The notes: a model not told the origin generated them from the letters alone. A stretch of DNA of 64,000 nt from Armatimonadota bacterium (GCA_038248345.1 JBBRXO010000003.1:1-64000); one strand, 5' to 3'; positions 30,877 through 43,311 are shown, counted from the stretch's first letter. Program-made: numbers and translations.

Positions 30877-32475
30877 ATGACGCAAATCTCTCCTATAAAA
30901 TCAATCCCCGGTCTTTGGCGTACTGAAGCAGATACTTGTGGTTATCTGCTGGTACGCAATGGACGAAGTCTGCTTATCGACTGTCCAGTGCAGGAGCTAT
31001 CGAATGAGCTGACCGCAAATGGCTTGCCATTTCCAGAGATTGTCCTGCATACCCAAGTACAGGAAGAGCATACTCGCGAATGGGCGGCTTTCCCTGCAGC
31101 AACGGTGTATGTGGCGGATAATTGCTTTGATATCGCTACACTTAACAATGAATACCGTGCGGCCAGCAACACTCGCTGGCCGTTGTCGCGCGAATGGGAT
31201 TCTCGCGGCGAAGAAATATACGGTATCGCTGGCTGCGTCACAGAGCGTCCGCCGTTGCAGCCGCTCAATGTAGCCGGGCTTCTTGTACCAGGAGATTCTT
31301 TTACCTGGGAGGGCATCATCCTGGAGATACTCGCGTTGCCAGGTTCGGGCAAACGCGCTATCGGTATTTATTGGCGTGAAGTAGGCGCTCTCTTCTCCGG
31401 TGATCTCATTAGCGCGGGTGGCTATCTCGTTAATTTCTACGACCTGGAGCGCGGCTATGGCCTAACCAGTGGCTATCAGCAATTACATGACTCGCTGGGG
31501 TTGGTATTAAATCTCAACCCAATCCTGTTACTGCCCAGCACCGGGCCTGTTATTGAGCAACCTGTTGCAGATATTGCGGTACTTACCGAGCGGCTAAGCT
31601 GGATGAAAAACTCGCCAAACCGATCAGGTATTGCCCCCGCTACTGTAGTACGTGAATTCGGACGTTATAAAGAGATAATGCCGGGTATCTACCAGAACAA
31701 CAACATGGGCAATATCATTCTTTATGTCACACCAGCGGGCCAGGGATTGATAATTGATCCTGATCCTTGTGTCTGGCTTGATTGGGATGCAACGGTGACA
31801 GAGGTGCATGCTGACTTCGATCTACTCGAGCGCGAGACCGGCCTGAAGTGCATTGAGTTGGCGTTCATCACCCACTATCATGGGGATCATTGTGAGTTCA
31901 GCGATTTACTTCGCCAACGCTATGGTACGCAAATATGCGCCACTCCTGACGTTGCGGCGGTTTTGGAAGATCCTTACAGCTATCCCTATCCCTGCACTTT
32001 TGAATGGTATGACCTATCATTTGATCATGTTGCTGTCGACAGGAAGTTACCTTATGAGGAATCTTTCGACTGGCACGGTATTTCAATCATGCCAATTCAC
32101 TCGCCAGGTCACTGCTATGCACACTCCGGTTTTCTGATCCCCTGGAATGGCATTCTCACCGCTTGTACGGGTGACACAGTACAATATAGCGGTGGAGATA
32201 TATTTAGTGATCTCCCCATCAGCTATAACGATACCGCCTGGCCAGACTTTGGTTTTGCTATCACTTTTCAACGCTTGCTACAAGCGAAACCTACCCTTAT
32301 TCTCGGCGGGCACAGCAACTTTTTCTTTGATCCTGATCAAGCTGTACTTCGTAAGATGCTAACCGTGTATGAGGAAACAGAAAGCCTTGTCGCACAACTG
32401 GTTCCTGATGGTGACCTCCGCAAATATATGACACCTCCTGGCTTCGATGCCCTACGACCTGCGCAGACAGTTTAA
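30877..32475 (+). CDS. Tandem MBL-fold metallo-hydrolase
   Basis: Two MBL domains: C-terminal THYHGDH, SPGH, TGD, GGH intact; N-terminal motif degenerate. Confidence 0.8.
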   Translation: MTQISPIKSIPGLWRTEADTCGYLLVRNGRSLLIDCPVQELSNELTANGLPFPEIVLHTQVQEEHTREWAAFPAATVYVADNCFDIATLNNEYRAASNTRWPLSREWDSRGEEIYGIAGCVTERPPLQPLNVAGLLVPGDSFTWEGIILEILALPGSGKRAIGIYWREVGALFSGDLISAGGYLVNFYDLERGYGLTSGYQQLHDSLGLVLNLNPILLLPSTGPVIEQPVADIAVLTERLSWMKNSPNRSGIAPATVVREFGRYKEIMPGIYQNNNMGNIILYVTPAGQGLIIDPDPCVWLDWDATVTEVHADFDLLERETGLKCIELAFITHYHGDHCEFSDLLRQRYGTQICATPDVAAVLEDPYSYPYPCTFEWYDLSFDHVAVDRKLPYEESFDWHGISIMPIHSPGHCYAHSGFLIPWNGILTACTGDTVQYSGGDIFSDLPISYNDTAWPDFGFAITFQRLLQAKPTLILGGHSNFFFDPDQAVLRKMLTVYEETESLVAQLVPDGDLRKYMTPPGFDALRPAQTV

Positions 32476-32484
32476 GGAGAAAAT

Positions 32485-32832
32485 ATGTGTAAAGCTCATG
32501 CAATAGTCCATGCCGGCATTTGTGGATTTGTCACCGAGGTGACGGCCAGTGGAAATGATGACCAGGAAGTGACGTTCACTATTACCAGCCCCTGTGCCAA
32601 TATTCAGCGGTTAGCGGCTGCATTGCCTGCTGATATTGACGCTTATTCCGAGATCGGCACTGGATATGCGGGGATAATATGGACGGCGGCGCACAGTATT
32701 GTACGCGGAAATTGTAGCGGTTGCATTGTAGCTCCCGCTATCTTCAAAGCAATGCAGGTTGCTGCTGGACTTGCTTTGCCAGCCGAATCGGTGATAAATA
32801 TCGAACGGGTGGGGGAGGATACCACTTCGTAG
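32485..32832 (+). CDS. Small Cys-containing conserved protein (DUF6951-like)
   Basis: GICGFVTEV, SPCANI, CSGCIV and VAAGLALP; RBS AAGGAG. Confidence 0.6.
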   Translation: MCKAHAIVHAGICGFVTEVTASGNDDQEVTFTITSPCANIQRLAAALPADIDAYSEIGTGYAGIIWTAAHSIVRGNCSGCIVAPAIFKAMQVAAGLALPAESVINIERVGEDTTS

Positions 32833-32868
32833 CTAAGCTACGAAGTGGTAAAGGCAGGCACAACTTGA

Positions 32869-35800
32869 TCAATCCAAGAAAACGCCAGCTATATTGGCAC
32901 GATTGTTCTGGTCAGAGTTGATAGCATTCTGTGTGACAGTCAAGGTACAGGAACCGATGAAACGGTACTGCAGTACTACGTGCCCTTGCGTGCCATCAAA
33001 TTCGGCAAGCGTCCAGGTTACACCATTGACCGCATCACCGATAGAGTAAGTCGCGGGGGGCGCTGCGGCACCGCTACGAACAGTAGTTACTACCGTAATG
33101 GTATGGACAGCGTTATCGGTAGCCTTAATTGATACTGCTCCACTGCTGCCCGCAGTATTTTGCTGTACCTTGCCAGTGTGGTAGGGCCCCGTATTCACTC
33201 CATCAACTTTGATGTTTAATGAATTCCATCCGTCACAGAATCCAAAGGTATCAGTCGTGAAAGTATCAATGAAGGGAGCCGATATTGTGCGTTTTGTCTC
33301 CATTCGAGCCCCCCAGCGGAAGAATGCGAATCCGTGGCGTCCCACGGAGCGCGTGGCGATCTCTCCCTGCCCGCCCCAGTTCAGGACAGCAGCTGGCTGG
33401 CCGGCAGCGCCATCCGCGGGCTTTTTAGAGTCTATCTCCAAAATGCGTCCGGTGGAATTCGTGAGCGTGGTAGCCATTACTCCATAGGAGTTGACAGGCA
33501 CATTGGTGATTCTGACATTGATAGTATATTCTGTGGTAATTACACCTGAAGTGACGGTGAGTATCAGGGGAACAGTTGACCCAACAGCGAGGTTCGTCGC
33601 CGGGGTTACTGCTATAGCCCACAACTTCCCAGTGCGCCTGGTGGCTTTTACCGTCAGGCCAATGACTGGTTTCGCGGTGATATTGTCAGCAGATACCAGT
33701 GCATTTACCTGCCGGATATCGCCCGGAAACGCATACAGCGTGGTGAGTTTATCAAGTTGTTGTGCGGGTATTTGCTGATGGGCGGCAAAGCGTACTACGC
33801 CTTCTACGGCGTGGACGGGCCCATACGATTCTCCTTCGCCAGTGGTATCAATACCCGCCAGCCAGTAATAGAAGTCACCAACTCCTGGGACATCAGTGAT
33901 AGTCGTTTCGATGACGTCACGCTTGATTGCCGCCGCATTTATTGGGTCAGGTGTATTGCCTCGGTAGATGGTGTACGCTTGCGCCCCGTCTATCTCACTC
34001 CATGTTACCTGCACTTGCGTATTCGCCATTCCCCAGGCCGATGGATTCATAGCGAGGGGGTTTGCCGTTTCCTTATCTGCTATCCATGAGTAGCGTTGCA
34101 TCACCCCGTCCTTATCATTTTGATAGAGCGCGACGTTAAAGCGCAAAGGCGCTGCCATATCTAATCGCTCTTCGCTGATGTTGACATCACCCTGTCGTTT
34201 TATGGTGACTGGCGCAGTTTTAGCTAACTCCGGTAGATAGGAAAGCGGTATCTCGGCTTCCAGCGTATAGCCCCGTCCATCCAGGCGTTCTTTTACAGCT
34301 ATCTGCACACCGGGCATCGCAGCGTAGCCGGTGAGGTAACTGGGAATTGCAGTGGGGGTGTCACCGTAATACTTACCTTTATTATCCAGCGGGCGCATAG
34401 TAGATGACGGCTCCAGCGGGGCTGAGAGGGGGCGGCAGGCGTTGGCTATTCCGACCAGATTGCCATTCTGGCGCACTGCACTTAGCAGGATGCGAGTATC
34501 ACCATTGATAGCTTTTGTACGATCCTGCGGCGTTGCTGGCCCCAGCAGCAACTCTATCCCTTCCAGTTGATCAAGCTTACTGGTTGTGGCATTCCCCGCT
34601 AGCGGGGTGGAGTCTATTATATCGGCAAAAATACACAGCTTGCCTGCATCGCGGCGCAGGCGCACATCAGCCTGTAATTTATCCCCATTAAGTAAAGAGA
34701 TTGCTGGCACATCTGGCGCCCATTCCCAGTCATATCCATCGACCCCCATATAGCGCCCACCGCTGGTGAAAGGCCAGGTGGAATAAGGGATAGTCCATTG
34801 ACCGGCTGGTGGTGTGGCAAGCTGTATGCGTGGGGGGGCTGATGGTAGTTTAACGTTACCGTCGAGACGTGTTATTTGATCACCAAAGACACCATCGATC
34901 TCCAGCACACGTGCGTCTTCAGTACTTACGGCGAAAAGCAGATGCTTGCCGGTTTTGGGGTCCTTCAGGAAAAGGCCCGGCTGTACATTCTCCACATACA
35001 TCGCGGTTGGTCCAACATCTGTCCATTTTCCCCGGTTATCAACGCCGCACACCCATCCCAGGGTCAGGCCATCGCTGGTGTAGGCAGTGAAGTTAGAATT
35101 TACTTCAGCAGCAACTATCACACCGTCTGATTCGCCAGTGAGATTCATTAGCAAAATATTGTCGCCATTGCGGTAGAAGCGTCCATCATGATGACCGATG
35201 ATCCACTTCACTTTCCCATCTTCGACTTTTATCAGTCGAGTTTCTAATGCGCGATCCCATGCATTTAGTCCCCGATCTGGACCTACATTCCCAACTATGT
35301 AGCGGATGTTACCTGGCGCTGGTGGTGCTGCGAATCGGAAATAATTTATCTGTTCGAATATCGGCGTTAGATCCTGGTCAACATGCGAAGTGTAACTACC
35401 GTTGGAATAGTAGGGAACACCGCGGGCATCAATGCGTGCGGGCTTCATCACACCTGTGCCGGTGTACAGATTCAGGTTGCGGTCTATCCAGACGAAAGCA
35501 TCCTCGCTGGGCGTTTTGGGATCCATCTCATCCGGTTGTATCAGGCCATCACCGTTGGCATCAGCCCATATACGATTCTCTGACTTTATCCAGGGGGTGG
35601 TGTGGACGGCAGCGACCGGTTTCCAATTTCCATCTTCCCATAGCCATATGCCAGACCATTCACCACCTGGCAGCCAGAAGTAGCGTTTGCCGTTCTCGCC
35701 AGTGAAGGCCAGCGCCCGATTGTAACTGATAGCGGAAGCTTTGGACATCAGATCAGGCTTGGCCGTTTGATCGATGCCGTTCTGTGTTAAATTGTAGATT

Positions 35801-37885
35801 GCTTCCACACTCCAGGCGCCTGCCGGATTTCCTGGATCGCGTTTATAGGCAGCATAGTCAATTTTTGCCTTGATATAATAGGTGGAGCCTTGATGTGCCT
35901 GATAGTAAACTATCGACATATCGTCGAGGTCAGTGCCCACCACGACGTAGCCCGTCGGGCCGTAGAAATCTTCTAACCATTTGCCGTCGGTTGTCATGCG
36001 GGCATAGCGGCGCGGTGCGTCCGCCTGTTCTACTAACCACAGGTTGCCATCTGGGCCGATGGCAACCTGTCACATTGCGGAATTGCAGTGGATCATACTT
36101 AGTTACTGTTGCCGGGCGACCGCCTTTGGTGCCGAAGGTGGCAAGTAGCTTTCCGACGGCGGAGAATTTTTTTATCTGCTCACTGGCACCCAGGTCGGAT
36201 ACGTAGATTTGTCCGGCCGCGTCCACCGCTACGGCACGCGCTGCTTCAAGGTCGGTTATTATCGGCTGTGTTTGGCGAGTAGCAGGATCGATACTTACTA
36301 CCTGGGTCCCGCTACATGCGAGAAGTTTTTTGTCTGATGTACGGAAGAGGCCGCCAGGCTTTACCAATGATATATCAGCCTCAATAATACCAGTATCCAG
36401 ATTTATCACTATTATCCGATTATCATCATAGCTGGAGATATATGCCATATTTCCAATTACCGCCATTCCCATGACAGTGGCTTTGCCCAGTGGAATGGGA
36501 GAATTTTTCGTGCCGATATTTATCGGACGTCCAGTCTGTGCATCAAGGCGCACTAACAAAGGTGCAGCGTTTGAGCCGTACACCATATATGCATATTTGT
36601 CATCAGCGGCCATCGCCAGACCGGCCCCAAATACTCCCGTACTGGCAAACCATTTCGCTTTCCCATCTACTCCAATTTTTCGCAGGCAGCGTTGCCCCTC
36701 TTCCACTGAGTTGAGCATATAAATGCCATTGGCATCGGCAGAAATGGCAGATGGGCCACCATGAGTACCTCCAATAGACCCCATGCCATCTTCCGTGCGA
36801 TAAACAGGGCGGCCAGAATTGCCCACACTACCATAGAAGCTGGTCTTAATTCCGTCAAAATAGCCAACACGATATTTATAGTCGCCGGGGGGCATTGGGT
36901 GACCGCTACGGTCGCGGCCATTCCAATAGATAGTATGCTTGCCTTTTTTTAGCATAACTGCGCGTAGCAGTTCACTCACGACCCAGCCTTTATCATCCGT
37001 TACAATTACGCTAGTGGTGACGTTTCGGGGTAAATCAAATACTATCGGGGTGCCGGGGCCAGTAAATACGCCTTCCTCATCCTGGTTGGCACGGGGCTGC
37101 GGACGTGGTCCGGGATCGGTGGCGTAGAGTTTCATCTTACCCCACGCACCCGGGTACAGGCGTGCCTCGGTCGACATATCCATGGTGGCGTTTGGCCCGT
37201 TGCCCGTGCTGTGCCACCAGGCAGTAGCCAGGTTCAACGTGCCAGCCGGATCGCTGAAGATCACCTGCAGATCGAAAGGCACCTGCATACCGTCAGTAGG
37301 GACGTAGCCGAGAGTGGTCCAGGGGATAGCTAGCTCCGCCAGATATCCGTCCACTTTTTGACGCAATATGCACTTTACCTCCAGTACTGGAGCGACAAAG
37401 TCAAATGCTACTTTGCCCGCGGCCTCGGTGAAATATGAATACGGGCGTTTCTCCGGCCATTGTGGACGCATCGCTATGACCATTGGTTTACGATCAATCA
37501 TTGCAACCATCAATCGCTGGTTGGCGCCTTTCCCGCCCGCTGGCCCGAAGCACAAGCTAAGGGCATCACCGCCCTTCAGCAGCTCTTGCGGAATTGCCGA
37601 AGCATTCTTCAGGGGGCTATCATCAATCACTTCAATTAAGGCATAGAGGGCGGTAGCATCATAGGCTAGTTTGAAGTTGACTACCGCACCATCCGCACCG
37701 AGCACGACCTGAATGGATTTCTGTGCTGCCCAATCGGCGGCATTTCCATCAATAACGCGAGGGACTGCAGTCTTGACCGCGGCAGCTGAAGGGGCTACTT
37801 GCCCCCATCCTGGGCTGACCAGGCAGATAAGCAACAGTATCGCAATAAGCGAAACTGGCAGAGCAGAACGGCGCTCGCTGTTCAT
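32869..37885 (-). pseudogene. Giant secreted CBM9-like / FlgD-Ig / NHL-repeat protein, frameshifted (~1670 aa if joined)
   Basis: Signal peptide, DDSPLKN...GGD, WNGRDRSG and NHL repeats. The 35930-37885 frame switches at ~36064 (RNVTG|AIGPDGNLWLVE) into the 32869-35997 frame. Confidence 0.75.
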
Positions 37886-38211
37886 TATAGACCCCCCTAG
37901 AGCTGATGTGGTTTCACTTCATTATCAAACCGGTTAACTTGTAATTATACAGTATTTTCGACAAATTTACAAGGTATAGACAAAAAATCTCTGTCTACTA
38001 GTTCATTTTTTTGCTTACAGAAGCACTCAATCCGTGGTATTCTGTACCAATATTGATGGAGAATTGCTAACAGAATAAGTTTTTGAGAAAAGATATAGGT
38101 GTGATAGTTTAAAATCCGGTTCCACATAAGATTCACTGATGCCCTTGGTCATTTGAGGTGAATCAACATCGTTCGAAATGCGTATTACTGGTTATCAAGT
38201 AGGAGATAGGC

Positions 38212-41200
38212 ATGCAGATCAGACAATTATTGTTACTAGTCACCTGTTTATCGATGATTATCATCGGTTTACTTCCAGCTTCCGGGCAGCAGGAACTCTT
38301 TCGTTCAGTGCTGACGGATGCCAATCTGGATCTCGACAACACAACAGAATTCCCCAAGAATATTGACGGCAAAGGTGGATTCGGCAATGCGAACTCGCGG
38401 AATGATGGATTGCTGGGTGCGTTGCACGTACGAGGTGTTCTTGCACCTCACGCTAGCTGGCAAACCGGCGAGACCGACCAGCGCCAGCGCTATCTCCGTA
38501 TTAGCTTTAAAGAATTGGTACCAATCGGTACGTTGATTGGCGGCGGTGGGGAAGTAAGTTATTTAAAGATGGACGCCATGGCCCCCGGCGATGTGATGGA
38601 TGACACGCAATGGGTAAAGGTACTTGCTCCAGACGGACAGGCTGGCCTGACAGTTACACCTTTTCCGCCGGGTGTTTTAACACGTGCGCTACGTTTTAGT
38701 TTCAATGACAAACTTCCGAATGGCGGCGCTTCGCGTTCCGGGTTTGGCGGACTGGTAGTGCTTAAAGCTCGTTTGGACAACTTAACTCCGGAAGCGTTGG
38801 CGTTTGCCTCTAGCCAGGTCACCGGTAGCGCTAACGTTGTTGAACAAACTCGTGTGCAAAATCTGGTAAGCGGAGGCAATTGGAGAGGCGCACCCAAGCA
38901 GGATATATCCCCTGATCATCCTGAGTGGGTTATTCTATCGTGGCCCAAAGCGAAGGCATTCAGCGGTATCGGCTTCGTAAATGCTTTTGCAAAGCGGCTG
39001 GAAGTTGATATGCTAAAGCCGGAAGAGACTGCGCATCCTGCTGTAGCTCCGGAGACGTCCTGGGTTCATATTGCAGGACTTAATTGGCCTATCTGGTGGC
39101 GACCTGCGTATACTGACGCTTACCTTCCCTTTAACGATCTGGTGACGACGCGTGCGTTGCGTGTCCGCATAACTGAACCACTAACCAAAGAAAATGCAGA
39201 TATAGCAGGTTCATCGGGAGGTGGTAAACGAACAGTATCACTTTCTGGAATAATGACATTTACCGACCTGGGCGTTCTACCAACACCTTCGCGTCTGAAA
39301 GTGGTCGCTGAGTTGCCACCGATCAAAATCCCATTAACAATGCCATACAACGGCAACCTGACAATTGCTATTGACGACACCAACGGCAAACGTGTACGTA
39401 ACCTGGTAGGTGACGAGGAGCGGAAATTCGGGCCATTGCAAGAAGCGTGGGATGGACGTGATGATGCTGGCAATTTATTACCAGCCGGGAGATATACCTG
39501 GAAGGCAATCACCCACCAACCACTGCACTACACTTATCAATCGACAGTGAATAATTCAGGTAATCCACCCTGGTGGAAGTCAGGGAGTTGGGGTGATCAA
39601 TCGGGGCCGGGCAGTTGGCTATCGGATCACGCTGCTCCTAACGATGTCACTGTCATTGGAGATAAAGTATTTATCGGCGCCGTGATCGCCGAATCCGGCC
39701 ATACCATACTGGCCTGTGATCTGGACGGGAAGAAGCTATGGGGCACTAAGTGGCTGGAGACGGCAGGCGCCGGTTTCCTCACTAACGACGGCCAGAAAGT
39801 CTATTCAGTGGGTGAAGGTGGATGGATTGGTGAGCGGTTGATGATTCACGAAATTGATCCAATAACTTTCAAATGGCGCCGGGCGACGCAACTAGTATTT
39901 GATACTGGTAATACTCCTACGGGGGGAGTATCCGGCCTTGCCGCACGTGACGGTAAGCTCTATATTGCCTTTAACCATGCTCCACTCTCCTGGACGCGCT
40001 CTGCTATTGCGACGCAGAATATTGATACTGTTAACACCACCGCATTTGGCAACAATTTGACCGGGATGCTACGCACCAAAAATGATGTCCCATCCGGTTG
40101 GGCATGGAGCACGACTAAATCGGCTGATCCGGTTCAGTATTTACGTCTCGCCTTTTTAACGCCGCAACCGATAGGTTCATTCATCTCCCCTAAAGAAATG
40201 GAGATGAGTGTACTCAAGCCAGAAGCAGCATATCCAGGTGACCTGACGAATGATGATCAATGGATTGCTATGCAAGCCGGGCAACAACAGGGGTTGCGGG
40301 TTTATACTGCGCCGGAAAGTACCATTTCGCGTGCTATTCGATTTACATTCCGCAAGCCCAAAGTTGACGGGCAACCGTGGAACGCTGACCTGTCAGGTGG
40401 GCTGTTATTGGCACATAGATTCCAGAATGCCCTGGCTGGCGCGAAGATAACGGCGTCTTCCGGTGTAGTCAAAGCGGATGGTAGCTGGTCAACAGTACAG
40501 CAAACGCCAATTACTATTGAAAATCCTGCCACGCTAACAATTACCTGGCCGGAAGCACGCACATTCCGCGGATTAGGCTTTTTGAATTTCTTCGCTAAAC
40601 GGGCGGAGATATCAATGCTGAAAAAGGCAGATGCTGATCCAGCTACTGCACTTGAAACTGATTGGACGGTATTGGGAGATATCTCCCCGGCTGTGCGCTG
40701 GCGTCCGGCGTATTCCGATGATTATTTCGATGCTGGGAAAGACATTACTACCCGCGCTATTCGTTTACGCGTGTTAGAACCATTGGTGTCAGAAAATACA
40801 GATATCGCAAATGATACCAAGGGCAAGCTAATGACGGCTGGTATTGGTGGCCTGATTGTATTGAAAGCTCTCGGCAATGATCCACAAACGGCTGAGTTAC
40901 CACCGCAGCGTATCAGCGTCGTTAATATTGCTAATGGAAAATGGGAGCAAAATATTTCGGTGCCGGAACCGCGTTTCCCGCATTTCGATGCAGACGGCAA
41001 TTTAGTTGTTGTTTCTGGCAAACAAGTCGTTCGTGTTAGTTTGCCCGACGGGAAGATTACCCCGGTAATCGCGACCGGACTTGATGATCCACGTGGTATT
41101 ACTTTTGATGCGGCGAAGAATATCTACGTTGCCGACGGAAAAACTGAGCAAGTGAAAGTCTTCTCTCCCGATGGGAAATTGCTGCGCACGATTGCTTCCC

Positions 41201-43212
41201 CCGGCGGGCGTATGCTAGGCGCTTATGATAAGACGCATATTGAGAATCCACAAGGTATAGCTATAGATCCGCGCGGGAAATTGTGGGTTACAGAGAGTGA
41301 TCATCAACCCAAACGAACTTCGTTGTGGAGTGCAGACGGTAAGTTCCTGAACGAGTTTATCGGACCCGCACAGTATGGCGCGGGTGGATTCCTGGATCCA
41401 CAGGATAAATCGCGCTTCTATTACAATGGAATGGAGTTCGCGATCGACTGGGCTACTGGTGGTTGGAAGATTAAGAATATCCTTACTCGCAATCAACCAG
41501 CATTAAGTGAAGGTAATACCGATCATCCTGTGTACATAGACAACAAACAGTATATGGTAAATGATCCTTCAGGGATGGGATCGAAATTACTATTGGTCGG
41601 CGAAATCCGCAAAGACCGAGTTGCGCCAATGGTAGTACTGGGGAACGCAGAGATGTGGAAACCGTTTAGCGATGTTCCAGCGTTACGCAAACTAGTATCT
41701 GGGAAGCCGCTATCAGCTTATAGTTTCATTTGGACTGATGCTAATGGTGACGGGATACCTCAAGCTGATGAAGTCACGTTAAGCCCGGAAGGGGTGCGCT
41801 TGAATTCAACTTACTGGCCGACCATCGTCAACAAAAAGCTGGAGGTGCAAATGGGTAATCGATTGCTAAAACCGACTGCCTATACCGCTGCCGGAGTACC
41901 GATCTATAAACCGTTTGGTGTTAAACCGATACCAGCATTCCCTGTCGAGAATATCTACTCAACAGCAGTAGACAGTATGGGAAGGGTGCTGATCAACGGA
42001 CGTCCAGTAACGGCGTACCATGAGGATGGTACCGTCGATTGGACGTATCCGCAGAAATGGGTTGGGGTTCACGATTCACAAGTGGCGCCACTGCATAAGC
42101 CAGGCCAAATGATAGGTGCACTAGGCTTTATCGGGCAGGAAGATGTCCCGGGCATCGGAGAGACCTTCATGCTGAACGGGAACAAAGGTGAGTGGTATCT
42201 GTTCACTGATGATGGATTGCTGGCCGCGACTATCTGGCAGGATTACCGAAACCCAGGGGCGATATCCTGGAATTTCCCCGAAGCTAAACGCGGCCTGTCG
42301 TTGGATGGTTTAACTATTGGGGAAGAGCATTTCGGTGGTGGTTTTGTACGGACGAAGGATGGTAAATTCTACCTGATAGCTGGTCACAACCACAACAGTA
42401 TTGTTGAATTACTGGGACTGGAAAGCATGAAGCGGCAACAAGGATCCATGGCAGTGACCCCACAAGATATGATTGCGGCGGAACAATGGAATATGCGGCA
42501 AGCGATACGCAATGCACAGGTTGAAGCGCCTAAATTCATTCGTGCCAGCACAATAGCGACGCCGATAAAACCAGACGGCGATCTGACGGAATGGAAAGAT
42601 GATTCGTTTAACCCGATCGGTACCCGTGGCACAGCTGCAATATCCTCTGATGCAAAGAACCTGTATCTGGCATATCGTGTCGATAGCAATTTGGCACTGC
42701 GCAATAACGGCGATGATTGGAAAATGCTTTTCAAAACCGGTGATTCTGTTGATTTACAGATCGCGGTGAATCCGAAAGCTAATCCCGTGCGCACAACTCC
42801 TGTACCGGGTGACCAACGCTTGCTGATTACGCTTTTCGAAGGCAAGCCAATCGGTGTGCTCTATCAGCATCGTGTCCTGAATACACCGCAGGCGGAAAAG
42901 AACCCATTTGCTTCCCCCATTCGTACCGAATATGTCGATAAGATTCTCAAACTAGATGTGGCAAATATCGGTATCGCCCGCACTGCTAAAGGCTATGCAG
43001 TAGAAGCCATTGTGCCGTTGGCATTACTCGGCCTGACTCCGCAAAAAGGTACTACCTATAAAATCGACTTCGGCATACTCAGTGCTGACAACTCAGGTAA
43101 CGGCACCCTAGTACGCACTTACTGGGCTAACCAGGCAACGGGCATCGTCAGCGATGTCCCGAGTGAGATCATGCTTACTCCAGGATTATGGGGTGACATC
43201 ACTTTCGAATAA
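38212..43212 (+). CDS. Giant secreted FlgD-Ig / NHL-repeat / CBM9-like protein, 1666 aa
   Basis: Signal peptide; GKRVRNLV...WDGRDDAGNLLPAGRYTW; NHL repeats (PRGITFD, PQGIAIDP); EEHFGG; C-terminal DGDLTEW...LFKTGDSVD...PGLWG. Confidence 0.85.
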   Translation: MQIRQLLLLVTCLSMIIIGLLPASGQQELFRSVLTDANLDLDNTTEFPKNIDGKGGFGNANSRNDGLLGALHVRGVLAPHASWQTGETDQRQRYLRISFKELVPIGTLIGGGGEVSYLKMDAMAPGDVMDDTQWVKVLAPDGQAGLTVTPFPPGVLTRALRFSFNDKLPNGGASRSGFGGLVVLKARLDNLTPEALAFASSQVTGSANVVEQTRVQNLVSGGNWRGAPKQDISPDHPEWVILSWPKAKAFSGIGFVNAFAKRLEVDMLKPEETAHPAVAPETSWVHIAGLNWPIWWRPAYTDAYLPFNDLVTTRALRVRITEPLTKENADIAGSSGGGKRTVSLSGIMTFTDLGVLPTPSRLKVVAELPPIKIPLTMPYNGNLTIAIDDTNGKRVRNLVGDEERKFGPLQEAWDGRDDAGNLLPAGRYTWKAITHQPLHYTYQSTVNNSGNPPWWKSGSWGDQSGPGSWLSDHAAPNDVTVIGDKVFIGAVIAESGHTILACDLDGKKLWGTKWLETAGAGFLTNDGQKVYSVGEGGWIGERLMIHEIDPITFKWRRATQLVFDTGNTPTGGVSGLAARDGKLYIAFNHAPLSWTRSAIATQNIDTVNTTAFGNNLTGMLRTKNDVPSGWAWSTTKSADPVQYLRLAFLTPQPIGSFISPKEMEMSVLKPEAAYPGDLTNDDQWIAMQAGQQQGLRVYTAPESTISRAIRFTFRKPKVDGQPWNADLSGGLLLAHRFQNALAGAKITASSGVVKADGSWSTVQQTPITIENPATLTITWPEARTFRGLGFLNFFAKRAEISMLKKADADPATALETDWTVLGDISPAVRWRPAYSDDYFDAGKDITTRAIRLRVLEPLVSENTDIANDTKGKLMTAGIGGLIVLKALGNDPQTAELPPQRISVVNIANGKWEQNISVPEPRFPHFDADGNLVVVSGKQVVRVSLPDGKITPVIATGLDDPRGITFDAAKNIYVADGKTEQVKVFSPDGKLLRTIASPGGRMLGAYDKTHIENPQGIAIDPRGKLWVTESDHQPKRTSLWSADGKFLNEFIGPAQYGAGGFLDPQDKSRFYYNGMEFAIDWATGGWKIKNILTRNQPALSEGNTDHPVYIDNKQYMVNDPSGMGSKLLLVGEIRKDRVAPMVVLGNAEMWKPFSDVPALRKLVSGKPLSAYSFIWTDANGDGIPQADEVTLSPEGVRLNSTYWPTIVNKKLEVQMGNRLLKPTAYTAAGVPIYKPFGVKPIPAFPVENIYSTAVDSMGRVLINGRPVTAYHEDGTVDWTYPQKWVGVHDSQVAPLHKPGQMIGALGFIGQEDVPGIGETFMLNGNKGEWYLFTDDGLLAATIWQDYRNPGAISWNFPEAKRGLSLDGLTIGEEHFGGGFVRTKDGKFYLIAGHNHNSIVELLGLESMKRQQGSMAVTPQDMIAAEQWNMRQAIRNAQVEAPKFIRASTIATPIKPDGDLTEWKDDSFNPIGTRGTAAISSDAKNLYLAYRVDSNLALRNNGDDWKMLFKTGDSVDLQIAVNPKANPVRTTPVPGDQRLLITLFEGKPIGVLYQHRVLNTPQAEKNPFASPIRTEYVDKILKLDVANIGIARTAKGYAVEAIVPLALLGLTPQKGTTYKIDFGILSADNSGNGTLVRTYWANQATGIVSDVPSEIMLTPGLWGDITFE

Positions 43213-43311
43213 AGAAAGACCAGACCCCCCCCGTCAAAATACATCGACGGGGGGAGTACCTGGATGAATAGAAACCGCTGGAGGCAACTCCGGCAGTAGT
43301 GAACAACGATT

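Noticed and set aside
43225..43255. CCCCCCGTC...GACGGGGGG hairpin after the giant gene as a terminator
   Set aside because: The stem is real but has no U-tract on the plus strand, so its function cannot be supported.
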